A stretch of 61,781 nt of DNA, filler included, from Trypethelium eluteriae (lineage: Eukaryota): NCBI GenBank assembly GCA_051942245.1. It is 2 parts of 2 records of this genome, joined end to end, with 100 filler letters (N's around TTAATTAATTAA, not from the genome) between each part and the next. Parts side by side here need not be neighbours in the genome. Positions count along the whole stretch, not along the records: positions 1 to 30,913 come from JAVECL010000282.1; positions 31,014 to 61,781 come from JAVECL010000283.1. The stretch is one strand, 5' to 3'. Shown here in pieces: positions 24,501 through 38,300 of the stretch. Each line of letters starts with the position of its first letter. The first letter of the stretch is position 1. The notes under the pieces were generated by a model that was given only the letters and a program-made list of their open reading frames with translations, was not told the DNA's origin and did no database searches. The position numbers and the translations under genes are program-made.

Positions 24501-27500
24501 TTGTCGGAAACTCTCAGTGCTCAGCCACCAACCTGGTAGGGTACCAAATGCTAGACCGTTGCGAAGAATTTCTGGTCGCGTTATTTCAAGGAGAATGAGC
24601 TTTCCACTAGGCTTCAAAAGCTTTCGCACATTTCGAATGGTCATACGCAGGTCTCGTGTTGCGTGGAGAACCCACGCAGCGATAATCAGATCGTAAGAGC
24701 CTTCAGAGAAACCTTGATTTTCCGGATTTTGCTCGATATCAAGAGTCTTGAAGCTCATCTTGCTTCCTGCGTATCTGAACTTTTCTCTTGCTTGACTGAA
24801 GAATGACTCCGATATATCCGTGTACTCGTAATTTGAGTAGCGAACCTGACCGATCTTGGATTCGACATCCGCAAGAGCGCCGAGGACATAGGGAGTGAAT
24901 GAACCTGTTCCAGCGCCTATCTCTAGGATCTTCATGTTTGGGACTTTGTGAGCGAGCACATCAACGAATACTGCTAGTTGCTTGCAGCTTGCGATTCTAT
25001 CGCAAACCTGTTTGTAATGCTCTTCGACGAGGCCGCTTTGGAACATGACCTCTAGCGGATCTGCTTGGTCTTGGACAATAGCCTCAAGCTTTTTGCAGAC
25101 AGCCACCAAGAAGGCACCCTCGGCATTAGCTTGTTCAACATCGTGAATCATAGCTTGCATTAACTTTTCGTCCCGTAGTTGCGTCTCCCATTCCTTTCGC
25201 ATGCCCGGTAGCTGGCCAGTTTCAAACTTCTTAGCCTGTAGGCATAGCCAGTGGACATACTTCTGGATATGAGGCTTAGAAGTAGTGGTCTTCATTGTCT
25301 TGATTGCCTCAAGTGTTCTTAAGGTAAAGTAGAGAAGGACCAGGCCAAGACTCTCATAAAAATCTGACAGCGTCTGACTATTAGTTGAATTATCGCGGCA
25401 AAACTCAACTACCTCACTAGATGTCATGAGATCAAAGTCGGGCTTCCAAGTCATTTCGAAGCAAATAGGCCTTGGGTGCGCACTGCCAACGGTAGCATTC
25501 CCGGAGACTGATGTTGTCTCCATATTACACATAACCATTTTCAAGTGGCCGTCTGCATCTAGTGCAAACACGGAGGAGTCGGTGGCTCGAAGCCCTTTCA
25601 AGTTCGATATCGCATAGGCATTGAGCTTATCAACCTCGGGATATGTGAGCCCACTACTCGATATCCACGCCTTACGAATCCGAGTTACCGCTGCACCATT
25701 GAAGAGTGCCTTGGTGGCACCTCTTGTAAGGGCCACCCACATTAGTTGTCCTGCTGCGTCGAGGATTGTTGGGTGTACAATGTGAGATTGTCTGTCGTGA
25801 GAAGATTGTTGTGCTGTCCATTGGAAGGTCTTGAGCTTCCCGATGGCTCCATATTCACCATCCCACGCTGTATCTTCTAGAGCTTGGAACGACGACCCAT
25901 ACTTTAGACCGTTCAAAGCCAATTGCTCGTACAACTTCTCCAGAGGTACTCTCCTTGTACAAATTTTGCTGGCATTTTGATACATCCTCTGATAGTACGG
26001 TATGTATGGCTCTCTTCCCTGTGCACGAAGTAGGTCAATTCTTGCGCCTTCATAAAGAACTCTAACTAGACCTCGACAAGTCTCTTTCCATTCATCAGTC
26101 CTCCACACGTGTATGCGATACTCGCAAGTAAATGAGTCCCTCTCAGGCGTATCTGGAAGAGGATGCATAAATAGCTGTACTTCAGTTCTACTTGTATCAT
26201 TCAATTGTATGGGGCTGCTGAACACGGCGTCTTTGATTTCATAGCCAGAAATGGTCCTGCGTGGATCTGATAGCTGCTTCGCTCCTTCAAGGGCCATCAC
26301 TACCATACCAGTTGCCGGATAGAGTATTTTTTCATTGACTTTGTGGTCGCAAATCCAGGGCGTTTCATTGATGTCGAAAAACTTCCGCCATCTCGGCTCC
26401 AGCGGATTCCAATCAGGAACAGGGGTGCCAAGAAGCTCCAAACGCTGGTTGGTTCGTAGCCGGGTATGCTTGCTTATCAGACTCTCATGCCAATAACTTC
26501 TGGAGTGATTGAAGGGGTAATCTGGTAGATCTGGCACAATCGATATAGTTTCTCTGAGATTCCGCGGTACCTGGTTAACTTTGTCCAGCGAGATCGAATA
26601 TCCCAGGGAGTACATTTGTCCCAGGAGTCTCAGAAATGTGTCAGAGCTAGGTGCATAGCGTGATAGACAAGACAAATATGTAATAGATGCTCTCGGCCTT
26701 TCTCTTGCCAAAAAACTGCTAATTGGCCGACGCAACGCTGAGTGCGGTCCGATTTCTATCAAATCATGTATCTGAATTTCCTTGGCAGCGCCCAGCCTTC
26801 GTGATTTCTTTGTTGAAGTTGCCAACTGTTGCAGTGCGGGAAGAAACTTTACCTGCTGATTCATATTACAAACCCAGTATTTCGCGGTTCTGAGCACAGA
26901 TAGATCGCGCACAGTCTCCCCGGTCACGGTTGATATCATTGTTGGACGATCAAGGTCCTCTGGTGCTTCAGATACGAGTTCACCCAGCAAAGTGCCGTAT
27001 TGGTCAGATATTTGCTGCATGCGCGGAGAGTGATATGCTAGACCGGTCCTAAGTTTTCGGACGGATATGCCTTGTGTGGAGAATTTGGCAGTGAGATCAT
27101 CGACAACAACTTCGTCCCCCGAGATTGTCACATTCGTTGGGCTATTGACACAGGCGAGAAAAAGTTCAGGCCCACTCAAGGGATGCTCCACTCGTGATAG
27201 CAACTCGGTAGCCTCCTTTTCTGACATGTCGACGGAGATCATAGCTCCTGAACGTGAATCTGTGGCTTTCAGCTTGCTTGCCAGTTTCCCACGATGATAC
27301 GCAACTCTACAAGCAGACGTGATTGAAAGGGCGCCTGCAGCATAAGCTGCTGCAATCTCTCCTGATGAGTGTCCGATGACAACAGAAGGCGCAAGGCTAA
27401 AGCTTTTTAGAAGTTCGAGTAGTGAGATTTCCAAGGCAGTAGTAAGTGGCTGACTGAGTTCTGGTTCATTTATACGATCTGACGTTGATGGACGAGATAG

Positions 27501-29619
27501 CTCCTCCAGGATGGACCATTCGCACCCAAGATACTGGAGTTCTTCTTCAAAGCGCAATATTGAACGTTTGAACACTGGATATACCATAAGCTCCAACCCC
27601 ATACCATTGTATTGGGCTCCTTGCCCCGTGAAAACAAAGCCTACGTTCCGGTTCTCTGCCGATTTGCAGGGCAAAGATACGATTTTGCCCAAATTTCGGA
27701 GATCGACGATGTTTCTGACAATAGCAAAGCTGATCCACTGGAACTTACTCCGTCGGGAAGCGAGTGTATACGCCAGTTGCTGCATCAGTCTATTTCCGAC
27801 ATTTCTGTCTTGGTACGAATATGAGCGAAAGTAGCTCTCCCATTTTTCTATCGTCCGCTTGACACTAGCTTCGTCATATGCAGACCAGACAAATAGTTTC
27901 GCAGTATCTTCAATACTCTCTAGGTCGTTCTGTATGCCAGCTGTTATCTGTAGGCCATTGAGATCTTTAACAGCGATGTCATCACACGGCTGTTTACTTG
28001 GGGGACACCAGTGATCATGTTGTTGTCTTGCTTCCAATAGGATGAGGTCGATCTGATCTTGTGTTGGGGGTTTGTTCACGCTGCGATGACTTGCGAAGAG
28101 CCCTAGATCTTGTAGGAAATGATATGCATCATCTAAGATTACATGTGAGTTTGAGCCTCCGAACCCGAAGGAATTAACTGATACTCTTCTTACGCCAGCC
28201 GTTGGCCAGGGTATCGCCTTTGTAGGGAACTTGAGGTGGAAAAACTCTGCATCGATCGCCGGATTTACTTGTTCGAAATTTGCATTGGGTGGAATGATAC
28301 CGTTTTCGAGTACCATTATTGTCTTGATAAGTCCTGCAATACCACTACCACCCTCTAAATGACCAATGTTAGACTTCACGGCGCCAATGTACAGGGGATC
28401 ATCAGCTGATCGAGTGTTTCGAAAGACAGAACCGAGTGCCTCGGCTTCAATTGGGTCACCAATAGCTGTGCCAGTCCCATGCGCTTCAAAGTATCGAGTA
28501 GGGAAACAGTCGAGGCCTGCTTTGTGATAGGTCGCGCGTATTAGTGCTGACTGTGCCTGTTTGCTTGGCTGCGTTACACCTGGGGTATGACCATCTTGAT
28601 TTGATCCAGTAGCTCTTATAATGGCTCGGACTGTGTCACCGTCGTTAATGGCATCGTGCAACCGTTTGAGTAAGACCACTCCAAAACCTTCACCTCTTGC
28701 ATATCCATTTGCTCTATGGTCAAAACTATAGCATCTTCCATGCGGAGAAAGCATGCTCATATTCATTAGCGAAAGTACCGGTTCAGCGGCGATAATGGTA
28801 CTACTGCCTGTCACAATAGCCTTAGCCTCATTAGTATAGATAAAGAGCGACATGAGCTAGGGTAGCCAACCATATCTGTACACCGAGTGCGTAAGCCTTG
28901 TACAGCTATATCAAGGGCCATCAAGCTGCTAGAACAAGCAGAATCCATGGTGATGCTGGGGCCAAGCAGGTTGAAAAACCAGCTGATCCGATTGGAGATC
29001 ATGTTGGCAGAGACGCCAGTGGCTGCATACTGCGGGAGGGCATCGACGTCCCCAGTGACTAAGTGCTTGTAATCGTCTGCCATGGATCCACTGTATACAC
29101 CAGTTTTGGTACCATTCACTCTTTCCATCGGAATACCAGCTAGATAATATTAGCGAAAGGATGCGATAAGAAGCCCAAATCGCCTACCATTCTCAAGCGC
29201 ATGATACGTAGTCTCCAGCAGGATTCTTTGCTGCGGATCCATTGCCATGGCCTCTTTGGCCGATATTCCAAAAAATTGGGCATCAAAAACCCCAAGATCT
29301 TCTTTAACGAAATGAGCGCCCGGTACATAAGCCTAGACTGCAGGTTAGCGTTGGTTGCTTGTCTCACTTTGCATGAGTGATAGACACCCCGGTATATGTT
29401 GACCTTTTCTGGGCGGTGATCATCGCGGTGATAAAAGGCATCAAGACTGAGGCGATCTTTGGGCCATTCGGTCATGGCAGTTTTCTTTTCCAGAAGCATT
29501 CGCCAAAAGCAGGACGGAGAGTGACCATCTTGTGGATACTTGAGCGAAAATCCAATCACGGCGATGGCATCCGTCTCCCTGGGAGCATTGACTGCACCAT
29601 TCAGCTTCACCTTCATCAT
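21582..29619 (-). CDS. Highly reducing iterative type I polyketide synthase (KS-AT-DH-cMT-ER-KR-ACP), about 2622 aa
   Basis: Exons 29619-29404, 29332-29188, 29139-28871 and 28820-21582 splice in frame. Motifs: [51 protein letters not shown]; c[31 protein letters not shown] and YAAGN; ACP GVDSL. Confidence 0.96.
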
Positions 29620-30913
29620 GGGTGGTCATGCACTTGAAGTTCGTCCCTGTTGCTTGGATTCCAACAGGATACAGACTTTACATGGGTCAAGAAAGAAGTC
29701 TCGTTGGTCTGAGAAGGGACAGCAGCAAGGACTTTGCAGGACTTTGCCTAAGCACCCAATGGCAAGTCTCACTGCGACAAGCGGTATGATTTACTAGTCA
29801 ACAATTACTACCCATCCCGGCAGCTCCTATCAAGTTCAAAGCAGGGAAGCGATTTGCCTACCAGTTGGTGATATCAGGGATGCAAGCTGAGGCTGAAATC
29901 GTCATAAAGAGGAAACTCGAATCGAGCTGTAGGCTGTGAAGAGGGACAAAGAGACGATACAGAGGTGGTGAGATTCTGCAGAGGCTACTTGCCGCAACGG
30001 GCCGGAAGCAGGCGAAGCTGATGCTGGAATTTGAAAGACGGAACTGCAGGAGCTGAGGTAGAACAGTATAGTATCGGTATGTGAGGCTGGGATCGGTGAT
30101 GTTTTGGGTAGTCCAGAGCCCTTTAATACGTGCTGCATGTTCGGGTGGGCGGGTCTGATCTGAATTTCCAGGACAGCACATCGTCCTTGATGGGCTCATC
30201 TGCGTTGTCATTGGGTGACCGTGAATTCTTCGTCCGCGACGCTGGATAGCTGTTCCGTTGTCGTGTTCGATGTCGTGCAGCGGCTCCGAGCCGTTCTGTG
30301 CCACACCAATGCATCTCTCGCTAGCTGAGCTACTCCGTAGATTGCTAAGTAGATCATGATTTGCTAGCTAGAGTGGCCACCTCAATGATGGGACTTTGCC
30401 AGAGGCGCCAAGAGACTCGATCAGGCCGGCATCTGAAAAGCTCTGCAAGTCATTGGGTGGCAACCATCTCCTCGAAGCGGTCTTCGATGCTGATGAGCTG
30501 CCTAGTCGCCCTTGAGATTGCCGTGAGCTATGATTTGCCCAGTCAAACGGAAGTGGAGATGAAATAAGGCAGTGTTCCTTGAAAAAGAAATATGCCAGGG
30601 GCGTCCAAGCGCCTCATGTCAGATGCCGAACACTCCCCCTGTCAGAGGACAAAACCAAGCACCCCGCATACTCTACCTGCATAATACTTCCAAACGAGAT
30701 ACACTGCAAATGAGCTCCAGACTGCTAGAAACTGTTATGTAGCTTTCTACCAGAAGAGCGAACACGCGCTACACTGATGTTGTTCATGAAGTAGATCCAA
30801 TCAACATAGCCTCGGAGGTGGTGTTTACCACATCTCACGCGCGCTCGGATCCCTTCATGTAGATCCTTACGCCCTGTAGTTATTAGTTCATTTTCCCTTC
30901 GCCCTCACCTAGA

Positions 30914-31013
30914 NNNNNNNNNNNNNNNNNNNNNNNNNNNNNNNNNNNNNNNNNNNNTTAATTAATTAANNNNNNNNNNNNNNNNNNNNNNNNNNNNNNN
31001 NNNNNNNNNNNNN
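30914..31013. other. Artificial assembly linker: 44 N + TTAATTAATTAA + 44 N
   Basis: Exactly 100 nt, symmetric, with a palindromic core that has stop codons in all six frames; typical of contig-concatenation spacers. Confidence 0.95.
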
Positions 31014-34000
31014 GCTGGGATGGAAGTGGGTCCGTGGGAAGAGACAGGGAGCCAGGGTGGGTGGGTAATTGGAAGCGACCGCCAGCGAGCGACCCCCGGT
31101 ATTGGCGCGGCCGCCATCGCACCTTCCCGCTTCTCCTCCAGACCCCGGAAACACGGGCTCAGACGCTATCGGTACAGTGCACTTCCCCCAAGCCGGGAGT
31201 GGACTACAGACGCACAATGCCGGGCTAATGCTGGCGCGCTTCCGGCTTGCGGAACTCGCTGCCAACCGCGTCTTCCTCCATGTGCAGCACGGCGTGCCAG
31301 CCGAGAACGGGGCGCTCAGTTGAAGATCGTTCCATTTTTTCAGCAAACCCTCAAGTGGCACGACTGTAAGGAGTCATCCTGCCAGACCCTGACTGACGTC
31401 TGGCCTACCACAGCTCACCTCGCTGATCTGCACCTCAAACAAATTTGGAAACTGCCCGATCCGTAGCTGCCTCTACCCTTTTGTCGTGGGGGGAGACCAC
31501 AAGCCTGGTCCGGGACTCTGGAGCCGGTGCTTGCCTGGAACGGCACGAAGAGTAAGCCAAAGTGTCGCCGCGACGGTGCTCAAATTACAGCAAAGCAAGT
31601 GGAGCATGGCACCAGGAGCACCAAGGGGACGGACGGACAACGCCACTTAGACAGACCAGCTTTCCCCTTCTAACGAGCTCCTCGATGGCTTCAAAGAAAG
31701 CCCAACAGCGCCCTCATGCTACGCCATGACAAACGCTAAATTCAAGCTCTTCTAGATGCTTCAAAGTCGACTTACGCGTTCCCGTGGCGTGCTCTAGTAT
31801 GAATTAATTGGGCTCTTATTAATGAAGCCTGCCTGGTACCTGCGCTTACAGACAGAAGACATGCTTTTCGATTGCTGCCCCGTCCGCAAGGTTCCCGATC
31901 TTCTATCCTGGACTGCCATCTCGTCTACGGGGACGTTGTCTGAACTGTCCACAGTTCATCGTATGATGATCACTGCCGTCAAGTGGTACATGCGCCAACT
32001 TCCGCTGTTACACAGTAACGACTTTCCCAAGTGTAGCGGTCTGGTCGTGTTACACCCCACAAAAAATTAGCACGATGAGACGCAATGTGCTGCAGCATAT
32101 CGGCGCTTTACTGCTTACTGATCGGTTTCGTGCATTCTTTCGCAACCGCCCACTCGTGTTCCTCAAAGTCGCCTCAGGGTGTTGGTCGGGTCTTAGAATC
32201 GCATGATCTATGCAGAATTTCTCGTCTTGTTTGTTGCACAGTTGAGATGGAGATGTACCAACCGCTTTGAGGCCACACTGGTCGCAACTCGGGGTTGTCC
32301 AAATACCCGCCAGGTGGTTTTTGGAAGGTAGGGCGGGAAGCAGATGAGCCTCTAACCGTCGTATGTCATAGGAATTGGACGCGTGGTCCAGTGCAAAGCT
32401 GATTGGCGATCGAGTGTCCTCGAGGCGGGGGGCAGGTACGATACTCCTTACCAAGGTGCCTTAGGTAAGGTACCTTTGGTAGAGGCATTATTGATCTTGT
32501 GATACCACCACACCCATCTGTAACCTAAGAAGTCACCACGAGATTGAGGCGTCAAAGATCGAGATTGAAACCTTATTGATCCTTCGAGATCGTTCTACCA
32601 ACGTCTACTACATCCTTCGGGAACTTTTAGCTTTGAACGTCTGTTTTCTCTCAAAGACCAGTAGTTTTTACCGGTAGGCTTATTGCGATGCTAAGTCAAT
32701 GTCAGCATTTGTTCACGTGACATAAAAGGCCGTCTTTACCGGGCTCTTGGACAGCTAGGCAGGTATACAAGCATTGCAATCCTCTGTCTCCTCTCTGGTA
32801 TCGAATGAACGAGTGATACCAGGATACCAGGATAAGCGAACGGACGGTCAGGGGAGAGCTTGGCGTCACCCCCCTAGTCGCTTCAAGGATCTGAGGCAAT
32901 CACAACGTTCAGATGTTTGACAGAATACTCCTGTGTTTGTATCGTCGCCTACCTTGTCACCTTATTGAAAGGAATCTCGATCAGCTAAGTAACTTGTGAT
33001 CGTTGAGCTTTTGCCGCTCCAACTTGATACTGAAGATTCAGCTCTCGGCCGAACAAAGTTGGTAACAAAAAAAAGTTTTCGGAGTCAGGATGAACCCCTG
33101 CCAAATGGACCTCTCGGAAGAATTGCCTGCTTTCCCGCGCGTGTTACCCGATTATACGGATGCAACAGGATACAAGGTAAGGTACCTTGGAAATAGTACG
33201 GATGACGGACCCCTCAAAAACAATTCATCACATTCCTGGGTATGGAAATTCGACCTTATGTTTCGTGGAAAAGTCACGGTACGACGCGGCCCGCCTCGGT
33301 ACCAAGTGTTGCAGCGAGTGTTAACCCGGCTTAACTTGCGTCGTTTGATTTGAAGAAAAATCGGGTACGTCAATGCGTGGACGCATAACTACACGCTACG
33401 GAGTACATCGATGTCATTTACCTCGGACGGTTGCCAGGCACTGTATCAAAATTTCCCTTGTCTCCATACCGTACTACAGGTACGCCTCTCGGCCCATGTC
33501 CCATTATCGGCAACCCTCGGGACCATCCGTAGCAGTTGGAACCGCTGGCGAGTCAGTAGAATCGCATGACTGACGTGACAGTCGAGGACTTTGCTTAGGT
33601 ACCGTAGGCGTCGACCGCAGCTCACGGCACGGACGGCAATTCCGAGATGAGATGATCAGACCATCAGACCTGTTTACGCAAGCATGGCGCATACTCAGAC
33701 TGTCCGAGTGCACTGTTAACCGCGTGGGCGCTCCAGCAGACTGCTCTCCTTTCCTTCAAACATAAAAAAGGAAAAACAATTCGTTCTCACACCTTATTGG
33801 AGCAAATATAGTATATTACAGCGAAGTGAGACAACATCAGGGATGAGACCATGCCGAAAGACTAAACCCGCACAAGCAAGAATCAAATCATTGATTGTGG
33901 AAACTCGAACGAAACAAAATCTTGGCGTTTGATAGATTTAGAGTGATAAGAAATTTCGGCTTTAGTTATATGACTCGAGTGCGGTTGTCAGGTAGATCTG

Positions 34001-35310
34001 CAAGCACGAGCCTGTGATGAATGTCGCTCCTTTTGATATATACCTATGGCTTGTTGAATCGAGGTGTTCCGCATTGCCTCTTTAATATATATTTTTTATA
34101 TCCCCTTAAAACGTAGCGCTATGGTCACTTCTGCAGTTTGTAGGACTGGACTCCTCTCCGTGCCTCATTTGACATTCCCGTGGCAACTCGTAGAAGTCAG
34201 AAGAAGCTTTGTACAAGTAGTCTTGCGAAACGAAGGTATAATTTATTAGTTTTGACCTGTAGAATTTTCGGGCACAGGCCTAGTAACCCTTCCTACGACG
34301 GGTCTCCGTCCCACATCATTGTAACATATTCAGACTTTTACACTGCATGCTCTCTTTACCATTGATCATGACATAGAATATCCAGACGACCTCGCTTGGT
34401 TCCGTCTCAAATCTGGGGTCTCCTTGCACTACGATCCGAGCCTACTGTCGGTGGTCTTGAAGATGCACCAATGTTAAAAGGAGCACTACCTGACATTTGA
34501 GATCACTCAATGACAACTTTTTTTCAGGTTGCCTGTCTACCAGAAGTGATATGGAATCAGAGATTGCGATGGATTCTAGAATCCTGCGAGAGCTGCGAAT
34601 TATATATGTCAAGGCGAAAAAGGATGGAATTTCCTCTTACGTGCATCGAAGAGTTGTAAGAATGAAGACATACTCCAAAAACCTCATCAACGTATAGAGT
34701 GTGCCAACTGCGAGGCTGTAATAAGACGTCAGGAGATTTTGGAATCATAGCCCAGCAACGTCAACCGAGCTATGGAAACAAATCATTGCCATGTGATGTG
34801 ATACTTTCTCCAATAGAAGGAAAAGCTGGCCAATCTCTTTGATATCATCAAGAGGCGGGAGAAAGGTGTCTACCAAAAAAGTTCCATGGGAAAGGCCCAG
34901 AGAGAATTTGGATCAAGCTGTGACAGCGGTTCAGAGCCGATGGCGTGTTGTGAAGAATCTCTCTCAAAAGAAACGCGAGATGGCAGCAGTGACGGCCGAT
35001 ACCTTCACATGAATGGTTACGTGAAGTGAATGATATATTATTAATGGGCCTTGAGTAGTGCGTTGGATCTTGGTATAGTACAGATATGGTACAATACAAT
35101 ACATTCACACATCCATCACTATCTACCCAAACATTCCTTTCATGTGAGGGATAAAGCTCTAAACCGTCAAATTTGTAAACAACGCTGGTAAATGCAGTGC
35201 CCGTGCCGAAGAGCACCGATACCTTGCGGACCAAATAAGGGCAATTCCTCAGGCCGGAAATTCAAGTAGACATGTTACTACACCTCTTTGGCTCGGCCAG
35301 GCCATTAAGC

Positions 35311-38300
35311 TCAAGAGAAGAAATACTGACTGTCCTTCAGTCGGAAAACGTCGAATTCACCTTTCTTGGGAACCTCGGGAAACGTTATTGGGATCCAGAC
35401 ATTAAACTTCTTTTGGGCCGGTTTGCTCTTTTTCTTCTCGCGTTTCAGTAGGGTAGTGAGCTTCTCTGATGGAGGGACTCCAGGTGCGATATCCTCACTA
35501 TCTTCCATTGCGCCTCCGTCTATGAATACGTTCTCGGTCGTAGAAATGTCGATTGGCTCTTGACTGCCTTCGAGCAGCGGTCTTCTACTGTCCATGCTCT
35601 CTCTCTCCTCCGCGATTCCCAACCCCGGAGTCTCGGTGTGAGCCAAAGCCTCTTTATCCCCTTCGGACAGCGGGCTTTCATCGGCCATGCTGTCTTTCTC
35701 ATCCACAACTCCCAATCCCGCAGTCTCAGCCTGAGCCAAGAAGGCCTCTTCATCCCCTTCAGCCCCTGCAAGAATAGTTGCTGGCGTTTCCATCGCTTCC
35801 GCCTGCTGCCTCACCTCCGGATCATCACTTTCTAGATCTTTCAGCCGATCGAGTTCAATCATCAATTCCCGAGCTTGTAGCAGAGGGGTATTGTAAGTTC
35901 TTGCGTATCTCTTCTCCGTGTCATCGTCCTTTGCTGTACCAAAGTTCTTTTTGCGCCAGGCCTGTATCTTCTTGCCGACTTCGCTTTTTGCGTAAATTCC
36001 TGCCAGGTACCAGCTGCCTTTATATCTCGCTTCGAACTCTGCTGCAAGCCTGCCGACGATATCTTCGGAATGCATGCGCACAAAAGCGTCGCGGAGGAGT
36101 CGATTCATCACGGGTACATCGCCGGCATGCGTCCAAAAGGAGTCGTGCACAGAAGCGAACGATAGGCCGAGCTCATCGGACTTCAATGCAGACAGAAACA
36201 TATGTGTTGCATCCAGAGAATGAATAAAGTTTGGTGGGAACCCTCCCATCTGTTTGCGGCGTGAAACAGGATCCCATATTTGAGGTTCGGCAATGGATAT
36301 GAGTTGGATAGAGGTTGCGACAACTTTGGTTTTTGGGGTACGGTATGGTTGAACAACGGGCATGCGAAGCGGTGTTGTCCAGATCACGCTCGACTTGCAG
36401 CCTATCGAGTCCGAGAGCCTCGAGGTTTGCAGCTTTATCTCGTTACGTCCTAATGAAGCTCCTGCTTTAAGTGTGCCTGCTTCCCTAAAACGCTTCACCT
36501 GCTCTGCTGTGATAGATTTCGAGATACGGTCCGCACAGTGCCCAAACCAACGTTGTATAGCGTGAGCCCCTCCGAACATTGTCGAAAGCGCCTTGAAAAT
36601 GCCCTTTGCAAGATATACAGCACATTTCCAGAGCATATCGGTGCCTCTCAACTCGGGAATCATGTCATTGAGCTGTCGCAAAACCTGTTCCCGAGCACCA
36701 ACAAACGTCACTCCGTAGACATTTGTCATCACGGTCTGCTTAACAACCTTTCGCGTGATCTTGCCTTGCAGGATCTTGGCCTGTGGATGACCATTCTCGG
36801 CGTCCCGAGCGCATTGTTCTTTGATTAGCTCAGCAACGCCAGTATAGACGTCAGCAGGTCGGTCGCCCGGCTCGAGGTTCACCTGCGTCGCCCCCTCGTT
36901 GTCACCTCCAAGCGCGGCGTAATGCTGAAGACCATTACAAGTCCCATCTTGGTGGATTGGCAAGTGGGAAATGTAACTTGCCGGATCTGGAGAATCAAGC
37001 GCTCTGGTAAGCTCGAAAGAAGCGGCCAAGGTCTGCCATGGATCTTCTGCTGTGAGCCACCATCTGTTTCCGTCCAACGGATTAGTAACTGCATTGCGGA
37101 TGTCTGGAAGATGCTGCATGGTAAAATTTTCCCGCTCTCTGAGACTGGCTTTGTCGTACCCAAAAACATTCGCAAGATGGATCTTTAGCCACCGAAGACC
37201 ATTCTCGCCAAGTGCTTTGCCATTTGCAAACGTAAGCAACCCTCGGGCATTATCCGCTCCCATATGATTCAAGTAGGGAGGAATTGGATATGCTCTACCC
37301 CGGAAGTCTAGGGCGTGTGGAAAATACAAGGTCTCATCGCGATATGCTCTTGCGACTTCAAGCTGAAAATTCTGAAAGCAACGCTTGGAATGGAAGCCTC
37401 TTCTCTCGTTGTCCAATCTTGCTTTGGCTATCCGATAGGTCGCAGCAGCTTCGCGATCATTGCTGTCTTTTGGTGGTTCAGGAAGACTGTCTAAAGTTGG
37501 GTTTTCTGGCGCGAAGTTCGTAATGGCCTCACCAGTGTCCCAAGCTTGGAGTTGGACCTTCAAAACATCTTGATTGATTCGCCAGGCCGTTTTCCCAAGC
37601 ACAGTCAGTCCAGCGAAGACCTGCTCCATATCACCCTTGTCGGCTGCAGCCTTGACATAAGAGACTTGCGTCTTGTCACTACGCTTGCCTTTTGTGACGG
37701 GAATCGGCTCCAAGAAATAGCCACCTTCGAAGAAGCCTGTCCAAGGTCGAGGTGGAACGATCATAGGCAGTCGCTTGGCTATAAGAGCAGAAGGTGGCTC
37801 GCGAGTCAACTTTTCAACAAGAGCGAGGTTTGCATCAAGATGACCACGCTTCTTCCCCCGCTGCCAGTAGTACACGTGGTTAAACGCTGGCAGAAGCTCT
37901 GTCAACATTTCCTTTGTTCTAGGATGCTCTTTTGACACTTGAATTTTGGCGGTCTCCAAGAGTTTTGATACAAGTACTGCGCCTACCTTGACCCTGAGGG
38001 CTGAAGACCACTTCACTTGTTGACTGCCGCGTGCAGTGTTGGTTGAGCTTTCAGGCCTCGATGGGTCTTGCGTAAAGTCAATGCCGACACGATGACCTTT
38101 GAGGTTAAATTTTGCCCGATTGACTCTCATCCGAATCATTGCTCGGCGTTTGTCAGGCATCTTTTGCAATTGTTGTAAAAGCCGTGCTCCACCAAACGCC
38201 CGAAGTTCACTCTCAATTTCGACTTGAGCACCGAGTGCTTTAGTCAAGCCAGCTAGTCGGATACCACCCGCGCCTCCCTTCATTGCAAGCGCGCTTAATA

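Noticed and set aside
13566..29619. MFS + MpaB-like oxygenase + PKS as a mycophenolic-acid-like cluster
   Set aside because: MpaC is a non-reducing PKS while this one is highly reducing; there is no prenyltransferase or IMPDH, and housekeeping MAG2 intervenes.
29858..30567. Short ORFs upstream of the PKS
   Set aside because: Mostly non-ATG starts and no recognisable motifs; probably promoter or UTR sequence.
34360..35234. Short ORFs downstream of RPO41
   Set aside because: Stops in all frames and no motif or splice pattern I could support.
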